Below are positions 11,101 through 19,475 of a stretch of DNA of 64,000 nt, piece by piece. The notes under the pieces were generated by a model. That model did not search any database, was not told where the DNA came from, and worked only from the letters and a program-made list of their open reading frames with translations. How positions within the stretch are numbered: the first letter of the stretch is position 1; each line of letters starts with the position of its first letter. Origin of the DNA: a virus. A program made the translations under genes and the position numbers. The DNA is taken from IMG/VR virus record IMGVR_UViG_3300025120_000020; one strand, written 5' to 3'.

Positions 11101-14100
11101 CTCCGGAGAACGAAGAGGAATCGACCCAGATGACTCGAAATCAAGAACTCCAAGCGAGGACAGCATCCGCAGCTTTGGCTCATCTCTCGCTCGCTTCCAT
11201 CGAGCTTCCACCGATGCCAACGGAAGATTCGTAGAGAACGCCAACGTCCGGAGGTTTATTGAGAGCGTTGAGCTGACTAAGTCAGCAAGCAAGTTCGGAG
11301 CCGCAGTAGATTCAGTAAGTCCGGAAAAGCTGGCTGGATCTGACATTTTCATGCTCGATGACAATCTGGGCGGGGCTGTCGTTTCAAGAGAGGGCGACCT
11401 TTTCGGGGTATTTAAGCATCCCGACTCCAAGGAGGACATGAAAGAGCTTTTGGTGGAGCTTGGCCGCAATCACCCAAAACTTCTTACGCTTGACGCCTAC
11501 GACGTAAAAGGGTTTCTCCCGAATCTTTACTATCGGACCATGGGGTTTGCCCCGCTTGCTCGCGTCCCATTCAATCGAGAGCTTGCACCTGAGGATTTCC
11601 CTTATGATATAATGGGAGAGCCTGATGTCGTTCTCATGGCCCGCACTGAAAATCCTCCAATGATGGTGGATTACAACACTGTCAGGCCCAATATTGCAGT
11701 ATTTTCTGATTGGGACGACGGGATTGCGCATCGCGAGAAGCGCATGGAAACTCTTGGAACTCCAGTCCAGCTTCAGAGCAACGCTGCTGCCCAGAAGGCT
11801 TTCAAGGCAGCTGGCATGATGGAGTCAAAGAAGAAGATGCCAGACTCCCTGTTTGATGACAAAAGCGGAGCGTTTAAGCATGTTCGCCCCTCCCGAGGGA
11901 AGGTGGTTAAGCTCACCGAGTCTAACTCGGGCTACAATTTCCTACAGGAATACACGTTCTTTATTGCTAACGAAAACAATCAGACTTTCGGGGCGCACTT
12001 CGACCGAGACTCTCTTGAGTGGATTGCAACCCCGCTTGATGAAAACGGGTCTCCCAACGCGAGGTTTGAACAGAGAAATCGTTACACAGGAAAGCCTGAG
12101 AGTGTTGGCAGTAGATATTTCTCTCCCGGTGACCGTGCCGACGAGATTAGTCTGCTAATGGATGACCTTAACGCATACACCCGTCCAAGCGATGGATTTG
12201 TGCAGTTGCAAGTCTCTCCAGAGCAGGACGCTGAGTATATGGAACTTGCGAAGAATCCTGAGAAGAACAGGAGTGCTTTGCAGAAGATGGTGGACAATGC
12301 CGGTAAGGCGGCGGGATATTCAAGGAAAGGTGTCCGGTTAGGATTTTATGTTGATGGGGTTCCTTTGGAGCCAAATTTCCACGTTAATTACATTCCGGGG
12401 TATTTTATTGCGGAAGAAGCGAAAGTTTCGCTAAGGGCAGAGGATGTGTCCGTAAATAAAAGACTTGACCAATATTCGTTAGATCTAAATGGCCTCACAG
12501 AAGATCAAGTTGAATACCGCGAAGAGAGAGTCCTTGTAAAGGCGGATAAGGCCCTGCAAATGAATTCTACGGACGGGGATTTCAGCGGATTGACTAAGGT
12601 TCAAATGGATCTTGTTGACGCCGTAGTAGAGCTGGAATCAGCGATAAACGAGGGTTATGACTCACGGGGAATGTGGCGTGTTGGTGAGACTGTCCAAGAT
12701 AGACGGGGAGTATCTCGCGCAGACTCCAAGATACGAATATACAATCGCAAAAACCTTGGACGGCAAACAACCAACCGCTTAGCGGCAATCTCTAAGTTGA
12801 TGAGGGAGGGTAGACTTCCCTTTGATTCTGTTCGCGGAATAGGCGGTCGAGCAACCGCCGGGATGATGGCTTCAGAGTTAATTGTTCCGAGCGCGTCCCA
12901 GTTTAAGTCCCGCGACTTCATTACCCGTGACTCCGATGGCAACGTTATCCCACTTAGTCGGCGTTTCGATTCAACCTCTCCAAATATCCAGCTTTCAGCT
13001 CCCAGAACGCGAGCCGAGGACGCTGCGTATATGGAGCTGGCGAAGAATCCCGAGAAGAACAGGAGCGCTTTGCAGAAGATGGTGGACTCTGCTGCTAAGG
13101 CGGCGGGGTATGTTTCTCAGAAGGTTTACCATGGGACTTGGCAAAAGGACATAATCACAAATCGCAAAAAAAGATCCGAGGAAGCGAAACCTTTCAACGT
13201 ATTCAAAACGGCTAAAAGAGGTTCAACAAACAACGTCTTAAACCGTCTTGGCTTCTTTTTCTCCCCCAACCAACAAATTGCCGAGCATTATGCCTATACT
13301 TCTGGCGGGCGTAAAATAGGGGGTGAGCCGAGGTTAATCTCCGCTTACTTATCTGGGAAGTTTAAAGAAGTTCCATTTGAAGAAGCATCGCAAATGAACC
13401 AATGGAGGTTTGATGCGTCAAAATACAAAACAAAGAAAGATGCTGTTGCCGCTGCGGAAAAACTAAAAGCCGATGCAATTGCTGAGGGCTTTGATGGCTT
13501 GCGCCTCATGCTTGAACGTGGCGGGGTCACGGAGCCGGTAGAAATAATTGCATTCAGCCCCAACCAGATCAAATCCGCCGACCCGGTTACCAAGGACGCT
13601 GACGGTAACGTCATCCCACTTAGCCAGCGGTTCGATTCAACCTCACCAAATATCCAGCTTTCAGCTCCTAAATCGAGAGCCGAGGGTGCCGCCAATGCAG
13701 CGAAACGCATGAAGAAGTCTGTTGGCAAGGCATTGAAGTGGAAAAATCGTGACGCTCGCGATGCGAAGGGAGAGAAAAAGGTAAAAGGAGATCCGAGCCG
13801 CGCCAACATATCTACCAACGAGAGCGTTCGTAACGCCTTCAGTGTCAATCAGGAAATCTACAACGAAAACTTTATTAACCAAAATTGGGATGGCTGGGTT
13901 GCCGGAGCAAACAAGCTACAAAAAGCAACCCCCGCATCCGATATTGAGTTGCAGATTTTCCGAGCCGCAGAGCAGAGCGGTGAGGGAGCGACTCCCGAAT
14001 TCCAAATAGTTGCAAAACGTGTAGTTTCAAACAGATTGCAACAAGCAATGGCCTCTGGGGTCCAGTCAGATATCGACTACGCCTTAGAGTTGGCTCAGGC

Positions 14101-16915
14101 CGAACAGGAAATGCGCGGAGTAATTGCGAGGTCGATGGCCGCAATGCGCGACCCATTCCAATCCCCAGCTCAGAGAGCAGCCTATGCGCTTGGAACTATT
14201 ATCCACACCGCGCCTACGAGCCAAGTCAACGCTCTCAAAAAGAAGCATGGAGGAGGCGTCGGAGTGCAAGTTCCCTCTACAAACAAAAAAGCCTACAATG
14301 ATGAGCTTCGGAAGATGCAAAACTACCGAGTTGAGCAGGCTCGCAAGATTCTTGATAAGGAAGGCATAAAAATTGAGGAGATTTTCAATTCTCAAAAAGA
14401 GGGCGTTGGCATCAACACCAAAGCGGACACAGAAACTCTGGCTAAAATGACCGAAAAGCAGAGCAAGGTAGTCAACATGGTGCGCGAGGGATTTGAGCCT
14501 AAAGAAATTAAGATGCAAACAGGCGTTAGCCCTGAGGGGCAGAAGAAGGCTGTTGAAAAGTATCGCAAACTTCTTGAGCCAGTAGTCAAAAACCTGATCG
14601 AACGTGGATACACTCCCGAAACTATCGACTCTTACGCTCGCGGCGAAGCCCCCACAGAGGGAAGCCGAGAAGCGAAAAAGGAAGACGTAGAAGAGATCAT
14701 GTCTCGGAGTTTCGGGGTCGGACTCAAGAAAAAGAAAGGATTCAATGTCAACGATCCTCGCCAAGTAATGGCCGTAGCCCGAGTGCTCGATGACTTGGAT
14801 CTTGATTGGATCTCCCGATCCACCGGATCTTGGTATGCTAACGTGTTCAGCATGAAGACGGTGATGGTCAACCTCATGTCTATTCCGTTTGCTGGATACC
14901 GCATGATCGGTGAGCGGAGCGCAGAAATGATTGTCAACTCTCTGGTCAAAAATCCCAAGAACGCTCAGTTTGGGGAGTTCAAATATATGGCCGAGGGGTT
15001 GAAAACCTACTACGCAATGGCTTTCACTCAAGGATATCTCGCATTCGATACTGAACGCGCTTACTTCAATACCTTTGCAAAGGGCAAAGGGGGGCCATAT
15101 GAGCAAGCTGCTGGAGAGTCACATGAAGACGTTCGCGGTTATCAAATGGGCCACCTGATGGATTACCTTGACATGGCGCTCGAAAAGGTCGGGGTAAACG
15201 TCAAATACCCTAATATGATTCGGCGAGCGGCAGGTCAAAAGGGCGCCATGAAGAAGTTTGAATTAGGCAAGACCAGTCGCGGAATATTGCGATTCAATAT
15301 GGGGGTTGACGAGTTTATGCGTTTCATCATCGCGGGAACCGAAGTCGGAGCAATCGCTTATCGTCTTGGTCGCTCCAAGGGCCTTAAAGGCGACGCGCTC
15401 AAGGAGTTTGTTAAGATGGAGATGACTGTTCAAGGCTCCAGCTCTTGGGAGATGGCAGGGGATCAGGCTGACATTAGCGTATTTACGAAAGATTTGCCTG
15501 ACAGCTACAAGAATACCCCAAAAGGTCCGCTTGAACTTTTCGCGTATTTAGCAAACAAGCTTGACCAGTCCCTCAAGGGTATCGATAAGGCTCTTCTCGG
15601 AGAGAAAGTCATGCACCGCTCGACCAGCGATGGCATGAGCAAGCTGACAAACATCGCTCGGCTTGACGCGATGCGTGTTGGTGTAAATCTTACCCGAGTA
15701 ACCCTGATGCCATTTACTCGCGTTTTGATGAACATCATTCGGGAAGGTGGATCGCGTGTTCCTAACCCGATTACCACCGTTGTGTCGCTCCAAAGAATGT
15801 GGTCATACATGGCCAATAATCGTGGCAACCCTGACCCAGTAGCTGCAAAGGCCGTTTCTGACTTCAGCTCTCAGATGCAGTCAATGCTTATAACGTATAT
15901 GATTTACGGAATGGTCGAAGGAGACGAGGACGACCGGGAGAAATCCATACTAATAACTGGTTCCATGCCAAAGTTTGGACCTCAAGCCACCGAGAATAAA
16001 GCAGCAGCCTACAGAGAAGGAATGGGCCCATATCGGATCAGAGTGGGTGGGTTTACTTTTGACTATGGACGCATAGACCCGCTTGCGCTCACTCTCGGAA
16101 CCACGATTGACCTTATACGAGAGTTCAAGCTGAACCGTCGCGGTGAAAAAGACATACCGGAGTCTCTGCAAACTCTCGCCTTCGACACTGGAATTGGTCA
16201 GCTTACTGACAAGACAATGTTGCGCGGGATCAATGATACGTTCTCAATGTCAACTGGGAAACTTCCTGTCTCTAAGTTCGCGGCGCGTCAACTTACAACT
16301 TTCCTCGTCCCGAACATTATTCGTCAACCTCTCCGCGATACCAACACCTACTACGATCACAACCTGTCCGAAGGTGGCTGGGCTGGCTTCCAGAACACAT
16401 TGCTCTATGAGCTGTGGCCGAACGCTGAGGATAAGTTGGGAGGAGCAATACCCAAAAACCCTTGGAGCATTCCACCGTCTGGCATTGACGCCTACGGAGA
16501 AAAGAAGAAGCGCCCCAACACTTTGACCGAGAAAAGCTCGATGCTTACTCCTCTTGATTGGATTTTCCGTCCTCAGGATTATAAACCAAACCGCTTTGAT
16601 CAAACTGTGCGCCGTGAACAGCGCCGAGACCCCGGAAACGAAAATATTCGGATGCCCGGCGCTCCCTCCAAGAAATATACTTACAAGAACCCCTCTACTG
16701 GTCAGAGCGAGAGCCATAAGATGAGTGGCGAGCAAACCGAAATATTCCACCGTCTTTACCGTCAGTTCTGGCGTCAGGAGCGCGGATCTGCTACAACAGC
16801 CAAGGGAATCGCAGGCGCCAAAGACAAAGCGTCTAAACTTGCAAGAGCAGTTGCAATGAAAGATCCTCGCTTTTTGAAAGCGGCTCGGGAACAATCCAGA
16901 AAGAAAAAGAAATGA
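2183..16915 (+). CDS. giant (4910 aa) polyvalent/internal virion (ejection) protein
   Basis: Two zincin HExxH motifs (HELKH ~6900, HEFVH ~8960); VTIDTHAV..QMQSITWE domain (~9.9-10.8 kb); GNAT-like LDAYD..LPNLY..GF (~11.4-11.7 kb); ART-like VYHGT..GFFFS..YA..E (13.1-13.6 kb); LPD38-like YGRIDP C-terminus; adjacent to portal. Confidence 0.85.
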   Translation: MPDDSTYREDAPTPDPYKGFSEGVDRHRRAIEATRRAAEYDRAARRKVQADQEAEAERIAKQRQTERNAAFQDQAKEEGFGDYTYSDAEGDKQSALTEEQTQALRRENQEEIAREAAKSAAAFRKTDLTREHGRVKSGLLTKDKYEKKLGAIEAAEQNLSYLESERNDNLISSDEYQADFNRVSQELSTLRGEVEADDTARAKAEELQKEIYAQEDIVSDRPDLPTAIPDDPQERIDYIDSYNARTKRANAASKNLSINVAEQYEAHTKRVDQLKQSFNEWQSQGVTPEEFNEAQNVLRGEFAKSQSQYLQNRFDYDQGIKRLEDDQEDLELLRPYVMDVIQAQKAFGIKTEKEAKEKLERDRAEIKKPLEDTAKDYERVSKEAAEQQREVIKLLDLPPAKTKEEQDERLSQIQEESDKAQATASLALGRLADGRQKIMAALVNDKGSNEILEAIAFKGAEKRSDGWYVPVVGDGKLTEKFDTTGGTWYENIGNVALGALANTGEFLGQSVYKMQPGTQRVKSHVLNNLQEELGFDDSQMWEMMYDIRYENGEWEDGEKARALSDGKIIFNPSLNILDKETYDDAVKSSGAPSWMVDYMTKESIRNDYMSTYASTAQEDMMLASALPGGMPTPSEWYMEHYGKSGKNPDHTQWMREYLDQYAPENQNFGQRTRAKASLVLRAYSIGGGKVVQMFTGAAAIGGSSNARDYASTLQDQMEEQRRGLDSQGGEFFGSGIVRTVLEEGPSVLLTLPFGGVGGGIAKSAFGQAIKKGALRVPTKYVGEKGVQQYLQRVGTKGALAGSSVGSGFQSLGLSFQHYYDQALKVAEEKKGGPLTEAEKDELVSSPAVRGRSVAAGLLTATITRAFGAQLQSTVLRGMFGGSKTPHTIRDVMRYIKRNGPKGMADAEIKKRLKSSLFDVLKASGIEGLEEATDEFIAAMMLDPEASLESAFDVAVQAGRAGIILGGASKIAMSSFSSGVTSANASDPEVALEALKDYYGNDVDITQTDVEEALTFINYKAGQDGDGDVGVEKLGTAIKTNKQLASQEAEAVSELTRATDAGDSARAKQAQRALDKTRIARAVIKVANGQDVNDLTFTEQKAMNSKLVDGSPVMEMVDGQIVLTDSAINLVAKQNSDAASQLIGLSESGRRQEIRQQAKERAEATPEATPEATPEATPEGAPKGAPKGAPEATPEATPATEAPKPLSPEKVAEKVERRKKAGVTGKKDEKILTQKGEGYKNKNTAKVRLKALNENPADFNFVEVENGKIVPVRKADKTTPYEGEAQAQAASAKPEEVTGSSKPKWRIGIQKPGGAVRYVEVEGNTRAKAAAEAAKQARKGETVNPSLAEQIKTPTEAKAPKKEAPAAKKAATKKAATKKAATKKAATKKRTTAGDAKGGIGVFGSGLTEAAHREGLKKFKSGEKTKLTTKAEIEAAKNDPNFILGEDGTIFAIKDLDTGKWVHASTSEVSQSSAPYIGQSAELDKAIKSDKTGLISKVLKAAKDAGIQINYFKNPAEAEEKGILPPLKTNRKRRKNVQPRAHAWIKDDYTFGIVIYDRGIKGKKNAQILQTLKHELKHVAGFLYENTPEGNALANKIQQMYDPSSPNYDQKADDLGRKEYPSWDALSNRNKLREQARALLEAEEDNTLSGLRDSLQLKKYVKAFLEFLAEIFSANGNPDFAKFLRKTKENLDAIMSGDLTVESTSKKKSKTKSNEDVEGDVAQAMPATPKDVQFADVEEAISGMFTSIEEAPTKDDIQKMRDDGESKEDIEKAEAKILPEGTSFRLDEKGRLIIRKDLSREKAQVTLIKALAQQASRKALTESEGESLYSLMPPNLRKMVLKRASKVTGKEVSPSEAAQYLVTHLLTDKTLAATVRAQARKSTNPLKQGKGITGSERKFLGMILRLLRGFTNNVRKIMDRLSTKTGRQQLQFYENLAQSILIDLTDARALSSLGIALPQTRLTSPSDVVLPPNVSKKRGGYIVEMPNGREVTARTRNEAVDINATKFESQFDRDMRIALALGVKRGGLSIEELEADLKLTKRMVEAVSGKIGLSKEAIYAMIQARFAGGETNSILDAFAKGKVEAASALQQKMEVLKSIGNQVDGTLQEGSITEFARRALAASRASTQIGSDLDGNPAAIESMRAAQRRFIEIAGGKSSKKVLSSLKALDTKKMGLVDRLGALQTEDFLVGEVPTKESQSILDEMSKVDDEIAKVLSGEAFSGAYKKALLRNTDTKGLAGRGNIAGLVAFTEAADAGTVMHEFVHVLQSLSDPRTGKSLLDSALGSRGVQKMEKWIQRVYPGVDEGTYNWNEALAEGMEAWLREGGKEDAELADEFATVAGAVGRAYNGMKDQPGFDLNDDAREVLESLLSLDPVVDNQMQANITRVQQIFQGVSANTKFFGDDMILPLNTGGMQVGFKKEKPARNLAKNLGKRYEDVRVAQHEGKYYAVITRPGLQFDQKELRIKLIANLQQRARKVKISKVSKARNGFRVGTMLNTSKPAGGKKNAALPDLGDNITRNRIPEETYRKHMAKFNYGHLPKAITDITDPDEKRDAAIAFMKDNLIALHDEAKLQLGDDFYRMATQWYDGANKIAKQMAAKYNVSEEQAAGVIAVLSPQRDWFMNLGLAERVLDVLANNKQTIINVKRFGKAMDDIVASASFKATRSPGMTDEQWAKRKRGLAISAKSERRKILNKLKGKSIASLANNPTAQAWAVRVIAHGKFGTDFRVYSPDGQKMHVQRNNPSKSQIKKGELGKPSKIQWGGTGSISDAVSIFEDGARVNISRRLGAEHKVRSFYNNIIAPNSDMGDVTIDTHAVAASHLMPFGASAIEVKHNFGAMGKSNTGVSGGYHLYADAYRQAAEEVGLMPRQMQSITWEAIRLLYPDYMRRGVQKTNLVAKNKSLWQGPFSYGEARTGILRGSKLHSPEWLGRGRDQSAQTSTGKLQKGVSDGSDSGRSSRTGAGRAGRGRGGVQLSGERRGIDPDDSKSRTPSEDSIRSFGSSLARFHRASTDANGRFVENANVRRFIESVELTKSASKFGAAVDSVSPEKLAGSDIFMLDDNLGGAVVSREGDLFGVFKHPDSKEDMKELLVELGRNHPKLLTLDAYDVKGFLPNLYYRTMGFAPLARVPFNRELAPEDFPYDIMGEPDVVLMARTENPPMMVDYNTVRPNIAVFSDWDDGIAHREKRMETLGTPVQLQSNAAAQKAFKAAGMMESKKKMPDSLFDDKSGAFKHVRPSRGKVVKLTESNSGYNFLQEYTFFIANENNQTFGAHFDRDSLEWIATPLDENGSPNARFEQRNRYTGKPESVGSRYFSPGDRADEISLLMDDLNAYTRPSDGFVQLQVSPEQDAEYMELAKNPEKNRSALQKMVDNAGKAAGYSRKGVRLGFYVDGVPLEPNFHVNYIPGYFIAEEAKVSLRAEDVSVNKRLDQYSLDLNGLTEDQVEYREERVLVKADKALQMNSTDGDFSGLTKVQMDLVDAVVELESAINEGYDSRGMWRVGETVQDRRGVSRADSKIRIYNRKNLGRQTTNRLAAISKLMREGRLPFDSVRGIGGRATAGMMASELIVPSASQFKSRDFITRDSDGNVIPLSRRFDSTSPNIQLSAPRTRAEDAAYMELAKNPEKNRSALQKMVDSAAKAAGYVSQKVYHGTWQKDIITNRKKRSEEAKPFNVFKTAKRGSTNNVLNRLGFFFSPNQQIAEHYAYTSGGRKIGGEPRLISAYLSGKFKEVPFEEASQMNQWRFDASKYKTKKDAVAAAEKLKADAIAEGFDGLRLMLERGGVTEPVEIIAFSPNQIKSADPVTKDADGNVIPLSQRFDSTSPNIQLSAPKSRAEGAANAAKRMKKSVGKALKWKNRDARDAKGEKKVKGDPSRANISTNESVRNAFSVNQEIYNENFINQNWDGWVAGANKLQKATPASDIELQIFRAAEQSGEGATPEFQIVAKRVVSNRLQQAMASGVQSDIDYALELAQAEQEMRGVIARSMAAMRDPFQSPAQRAAYALGTIIHTAPTSQVNALKKKHGGGVGVQVPSTNKKAYNDELRKMQNYRVEQARKILDKEGIKIEEIFNSQKEGVGINTKADTETLAKMTEKQSKVVNMVREGFEPKEIKMQTGVSPEGQKKAVEKYRKLLEPVVKNLIERGYTPETIDSYARGEAPTEGSREAKKEDVEEIMSRSFGVGLKKKKGFNVNDPRQVMAVARVLDDLDLDWISRSTGSWYANVFSMKTVMVNLMSIPFAGYRMIGERSAEMIVNSLVKNPKNAQFGEFKYMAEGLKTYYAMAFTQGYLAFDTERAYFNTFAKGKGGPYEQAAGESHEDVRGYQMGHLMDYLDMALEKVGVNVKYPNMIRRAAGQKGAMKKFELGKTSRGILRFNMGVDEFMRFIIAGTEVGAIAYRLGRSKGLKGDALKEFVKMEMTVQGSSSWEMAGDQADISVFTKDLPDSYKNTPKGPLELFAYLANKLDQSLKGIDKALLGEKVMHRSTSDGMSKLTNIARLDAMRVGVNLTRVTLMPFTRVLMNIIREGGSRVPNPITTVVSLQRMWSYMANNRGNPDPVAAKAVSDFSSQMQSMLITYMIYGMVEGDEDDREKSILITGSMPKFGPQATENKAAAYREGMGPYRIRVGGFTFDYGRIDPLALTLGTTIDLIREFKLNRRGEKDIPESLQTLAFDTGIGQLTDKTMLRGINDTFSMSTGKLPVSKFAARQLTTFLVPNIIRQPLRDTNTYYDHNLSEGGWAGFQNTLLYELWPNAEDKLGGAIPKNPWSIPPSGIDAYGEKKKRPNTLTEKSSMLTPLDWIFRPQDYKPNRFDQTVRREQRRDPGNENIRMPGAPSKKYTYKNPSTGQSESHKMSGEQTEIFHRLYRQFWRQERGSATTAKGIAGAKDKASKLARAVAMKDPRFLKAAREQSRKKKK
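5666..5773 (+). repeat. 9 x 12-bp tandem repeat (EATP/EGAP/KGAP)
   Basis: gaagctactccc units and variants seen directly. Confidence 0.95.
6281..6340 (+). repeat. 4 x 15-bp tandem repeat (KKAAT, histone H1-like)
   Basis: aaaaaagctgccacg x4. Confidence 0.95.
12224..13668 (+). repeat. two pairs of direct repeats bounding two variable modules inside the giant gene
   Basis: 12224-12319 ~ 13017-13111 (DAxYMELAKNPEKNRSALQKMVD..KAAGY); 12929-13002 ~ 13595-13668 (DxDGNVIPLSxRFDSTSPNIQLSAP). Confidence 0.9.
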
Positions 16916-19188
16916 GCGAACAATCGACATCAGATAGCGGCCACCAGAGCCAAGTTAAAGCAGTAGCGGACAATCTGTTTCCTTCCCCCAAGGACCCAAC
17001 TGTTGGAGGCGGAGAAAAAGATAAACCCAAGGTGGTTTTTGATACGCCTTTACAGCTCAGTTCTGAGCAGGAGAAACGCATGGTCGAGTACGCCATGGGC
17101 CGAATACAGAGCCTTGAAAAAGAGCTTGGGCGCACCGACACCTCTCAGGCTAACTGGTATGGACGAGGCGAGGACGACACCGTAAAGAGCGCGGCAGGGT
17201 CGTTCATGGGCAAGCGTCAGCTCTACGAAATGACTTTCCACAACCAAATCGACTGGCGCTCATATTTGGTCGGAGGAATTTTCGCTGAATCAAACCTTAC
17301 CGTTCCCCTCTCTCGACGCATTGCTCAGCAGCAGATTGCAAGGGCTACCAACTATTTCCTTGGCACTGATCCTTGGTTCGGTGCCTACCCTGTAGGTGCA
17401 GCCGACGAGGACGAGGCCCGTCTGACCGATAAGTATTGCAAACACAAAGCTCGTCAGGCTGATCTTAAAGGATGTGTCATGGGTGCCGTCGAAGGAGCTA
17501 TCATTCGCGGTGAGACAGTGACAAAAACCGTCTACCGTCAGGACTGGACTCAATTCCAGAAAAACGCGACAGTCGCAATAGATGAGTCAGGAACTCCTTA
17601 TGTAGCAAGCGACGCCGACTACATCTACCCCTACGACAAATGGGCCACTGTTCCGAGCAGGATGCCGAGTGAAGAAGAGGCGATGATGATGGAGCAAGGC
17701 CAAGCCCCTGATATTCCAATGCTGTTTGTCCTGCAACGTGACGGCCAGACACAACTGCCAGAAGGTGTAAGTGATCCTTCACAGCTAAACTTCGTGGAGC
17801 AAATCGTCCCTCGCCAGCAAGTCCGATACCGTGGCGCTGACGCCAAGCCAGTATATTACAAAGACTTTCTCGCTCCTTTAGACGCTCATAGCCTCGATGA
17901 AGCTGATTGCGTCGTTCACCTTTACGATAAGCCAGCAATCGAAATTGCCTCTATCTATGTGTCAGCGCTTGAGTCAGAAAACAAGACCACTCGCGAGACG
18001 GCTTCAAAGATTTTTGAATCGTTGCAAGAGCTGACAAACTACGATGACCAGCCTAAATCCCGAGGCTCTATGGATCGTCCTGAACTTGGCGAATCTGCCG
18101 GGAACGACAAGGGCAATAATGAGTCATCCGAGCCTGACGCCCGTAGTGGCGAGCCCGTGGTGGAGATTGCTGAAGTTTATATGCACTTCGACGCCAACGA
18201 GGATGGGGTGCAGGAAGACATCGTTCTGATGCTCGACAAAGCCAATCAGCGCCCACTTTTCTACGATTACGTCGCAAACCGGACACCACACGGTCGTCGC
18301 CCGTTCAAGGTTACTCGCGTGAACCGTGTTGAAGGACGCTGGCACGGGATTGGAACTATGGAAGTCTTCCAGCCCTTGCAGGAAGTCGTTGACCTACTTA
18401 CAAACCGCTGGAATCTCTCGCAGTCCCGCTCGGGACAGGTAGTCTTTTGGAATCCGGAACTCACGTTAGAAGGAGAAGAAAACCCTCACCTCGACCTTAA
18501 TGGAGGCCAAACATATACGCCAAAAGGGAATATCAACCCAGAAAACATCCTCAAGGTTATCCCGCTTTATGACATAAAAGGACGGGAAATATACAAGGAG
18601 ATCGAGTTTTTCATGCAGGTTGCAATCAACATGTCTGGCGTCTCGCATGTCAACGATGCCGCCATGCTGGGTATGGACACCGCCAAGCTCGCAACCGGGG
18701 TTAAGAATATCGAGCGTAGTGGTCAGGAAATGTTCTCGATCTACCTTAGTCAGTTGCAAGACGGACTTGAGGAGGTGCTCCGGGATTTCTGCATTTACAC
18801 ACTGGCTTATCTCGATCAGACCGAGGCGTTCCTTTACACCGAAGATGAAAAAGTCCAGATGCTTGAGTATTCTCCCGAGAATGTTGAAGGCCAAATGGAT
18901 CTTGATATTAGGCTGGAGATGACCCGCTACAAGAACGAGCAGGATTTGGTGCAGGCTCAGCAAGCATCAGCCAAGGTTATAGAGTTCTACTCTCTACCTC
19001 CCGAGTTGCAACAGCGCACGGCGACTCTGTATCGACAAATGCTTAAAGCGATGCAAGTGGCTCACGTTGATCAGATTATTCAGCCGGGATACCAGATTCC
19101 AGCTCAGCCACCATCCGGAGGACAAGGAAGCTCGACAGCGCTAAATACCTCCGATAACATGCCGGGGCAGCAACCACCCGTGGTATGA
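16912..19188 (+). CDS. portal protein
   Basis: 758 aa; RRPF..RV..RWHGIG..E..PLQ motif typical of podovirus portals; Gln/Pro-rich tail; upstream of scaffold and capsid. Confidence 0.8.
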   Translation: MSEQSTSDSGHQSQVKAVADNLFPSPKDPTVGGGEKDKPKVVFDTPLQLSSEQEKRMVEYAMGRIQSLEKELGRTDTSQANWYGRGEDDTVKSAAGSFMGKRQLYEMTFHNQIDWRSYLVGGIFAESNLTVPLSRRIAQQQIARATNYFLGTDPWFGAYPVGAADEDEARLTDKYCKHKARQADLKGCVMGAVEGAIIRGETVTKTVYRQDWTQFQKNATVAIDESGTPYVASDADYIYPYDKWATVPSRMPSEEEAMMMEQGQAPDIPMLFVLQRDGQTQLPEGVSDPSQLNFVEQIVPRQQVRYRGADAKPVYYKDFLAPLDAHSLDEADCVVHLYDKPAIEIASIYVSALESENKTTRETASKIFESLQELTNYDDQPKSRGSMDRPELGESAGNDKGNNESSEPDARSGEPVVEIAEVYMHFDANEDGVQEDIVLMLDKANQRPLFYDYVANRTPHGRRPFKVTRVNRVEGRWHGIGTMEVFQPLQEVVDLLTNRWNLSQSRSGQVVFWNPELTLEGEENPHLDLNGGQTYTPKGNINPENILKVIPLYDIKGREIYKEIEFFMQVAINMSGVSHVNDAAMLGMDTAKLATGVKNIERSGQEMFSIYLSQLQDGLEEVLRDFCIYTLAYLDQTEAFLYTEDEKVQMLEYSPENVEGQMDLDIRLEMTRYKNEQDLVQAQQASAKVIEFYSLPPELQQRTATLYRQMLKAMQVAHVDQIIQPGYQIPAQPPSGGQGSSTALNTSDNMPGQQPPVV

Positions 19189-19475
19189 GCCAAATCAATC
19201 CTAAGAAGCAAGCCTACGACACCGCACAGAAACTCGGCGAAGCCGTCGAAGTCATGAGCAACTCAACCGGATGGAGGGAATACTTTATCCCAAAAATGGA
19301 AGAAAAGCGCGAGGAGGCGCAAGAAGCCATTAACAAGAAAGGCGTCGAGCAGCGAGAAGCAGATCACGCACGGGGGCTCATCGAGCTTGCTGACTATGTT
19401 ATTGGATACGGAGAAGAGAAAAAGAAGCAGGCTCTCACAATAATGCGGAAAAACACTACTGCGAAGTTGACTTAA
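19185..19475 (+). CDS. small helical protein downstream of portal
   Basis: ATGA overlap with portal; 96 aa helical with GW motif, like small post-portal proteins. Confidence 0.65.
   Translation: MSQINPKKQAYDTAQKLGEAVEVMSNSTGWREYFIPKMEEKREEAQEAINKKGVEQREADHARGLIELADYVIGYGEEKKKQALTIMRKNTTAKLT

Noticed and set aside
14084-15106. 340-aa antisense ORF and many other shadow ORFs within the giant gene, portal and capsid genes
   Set aside because: They lie antisense to or out of frame with strong genes and have no recognisable motifs; expected by chance in ~50% GC coding DNA.
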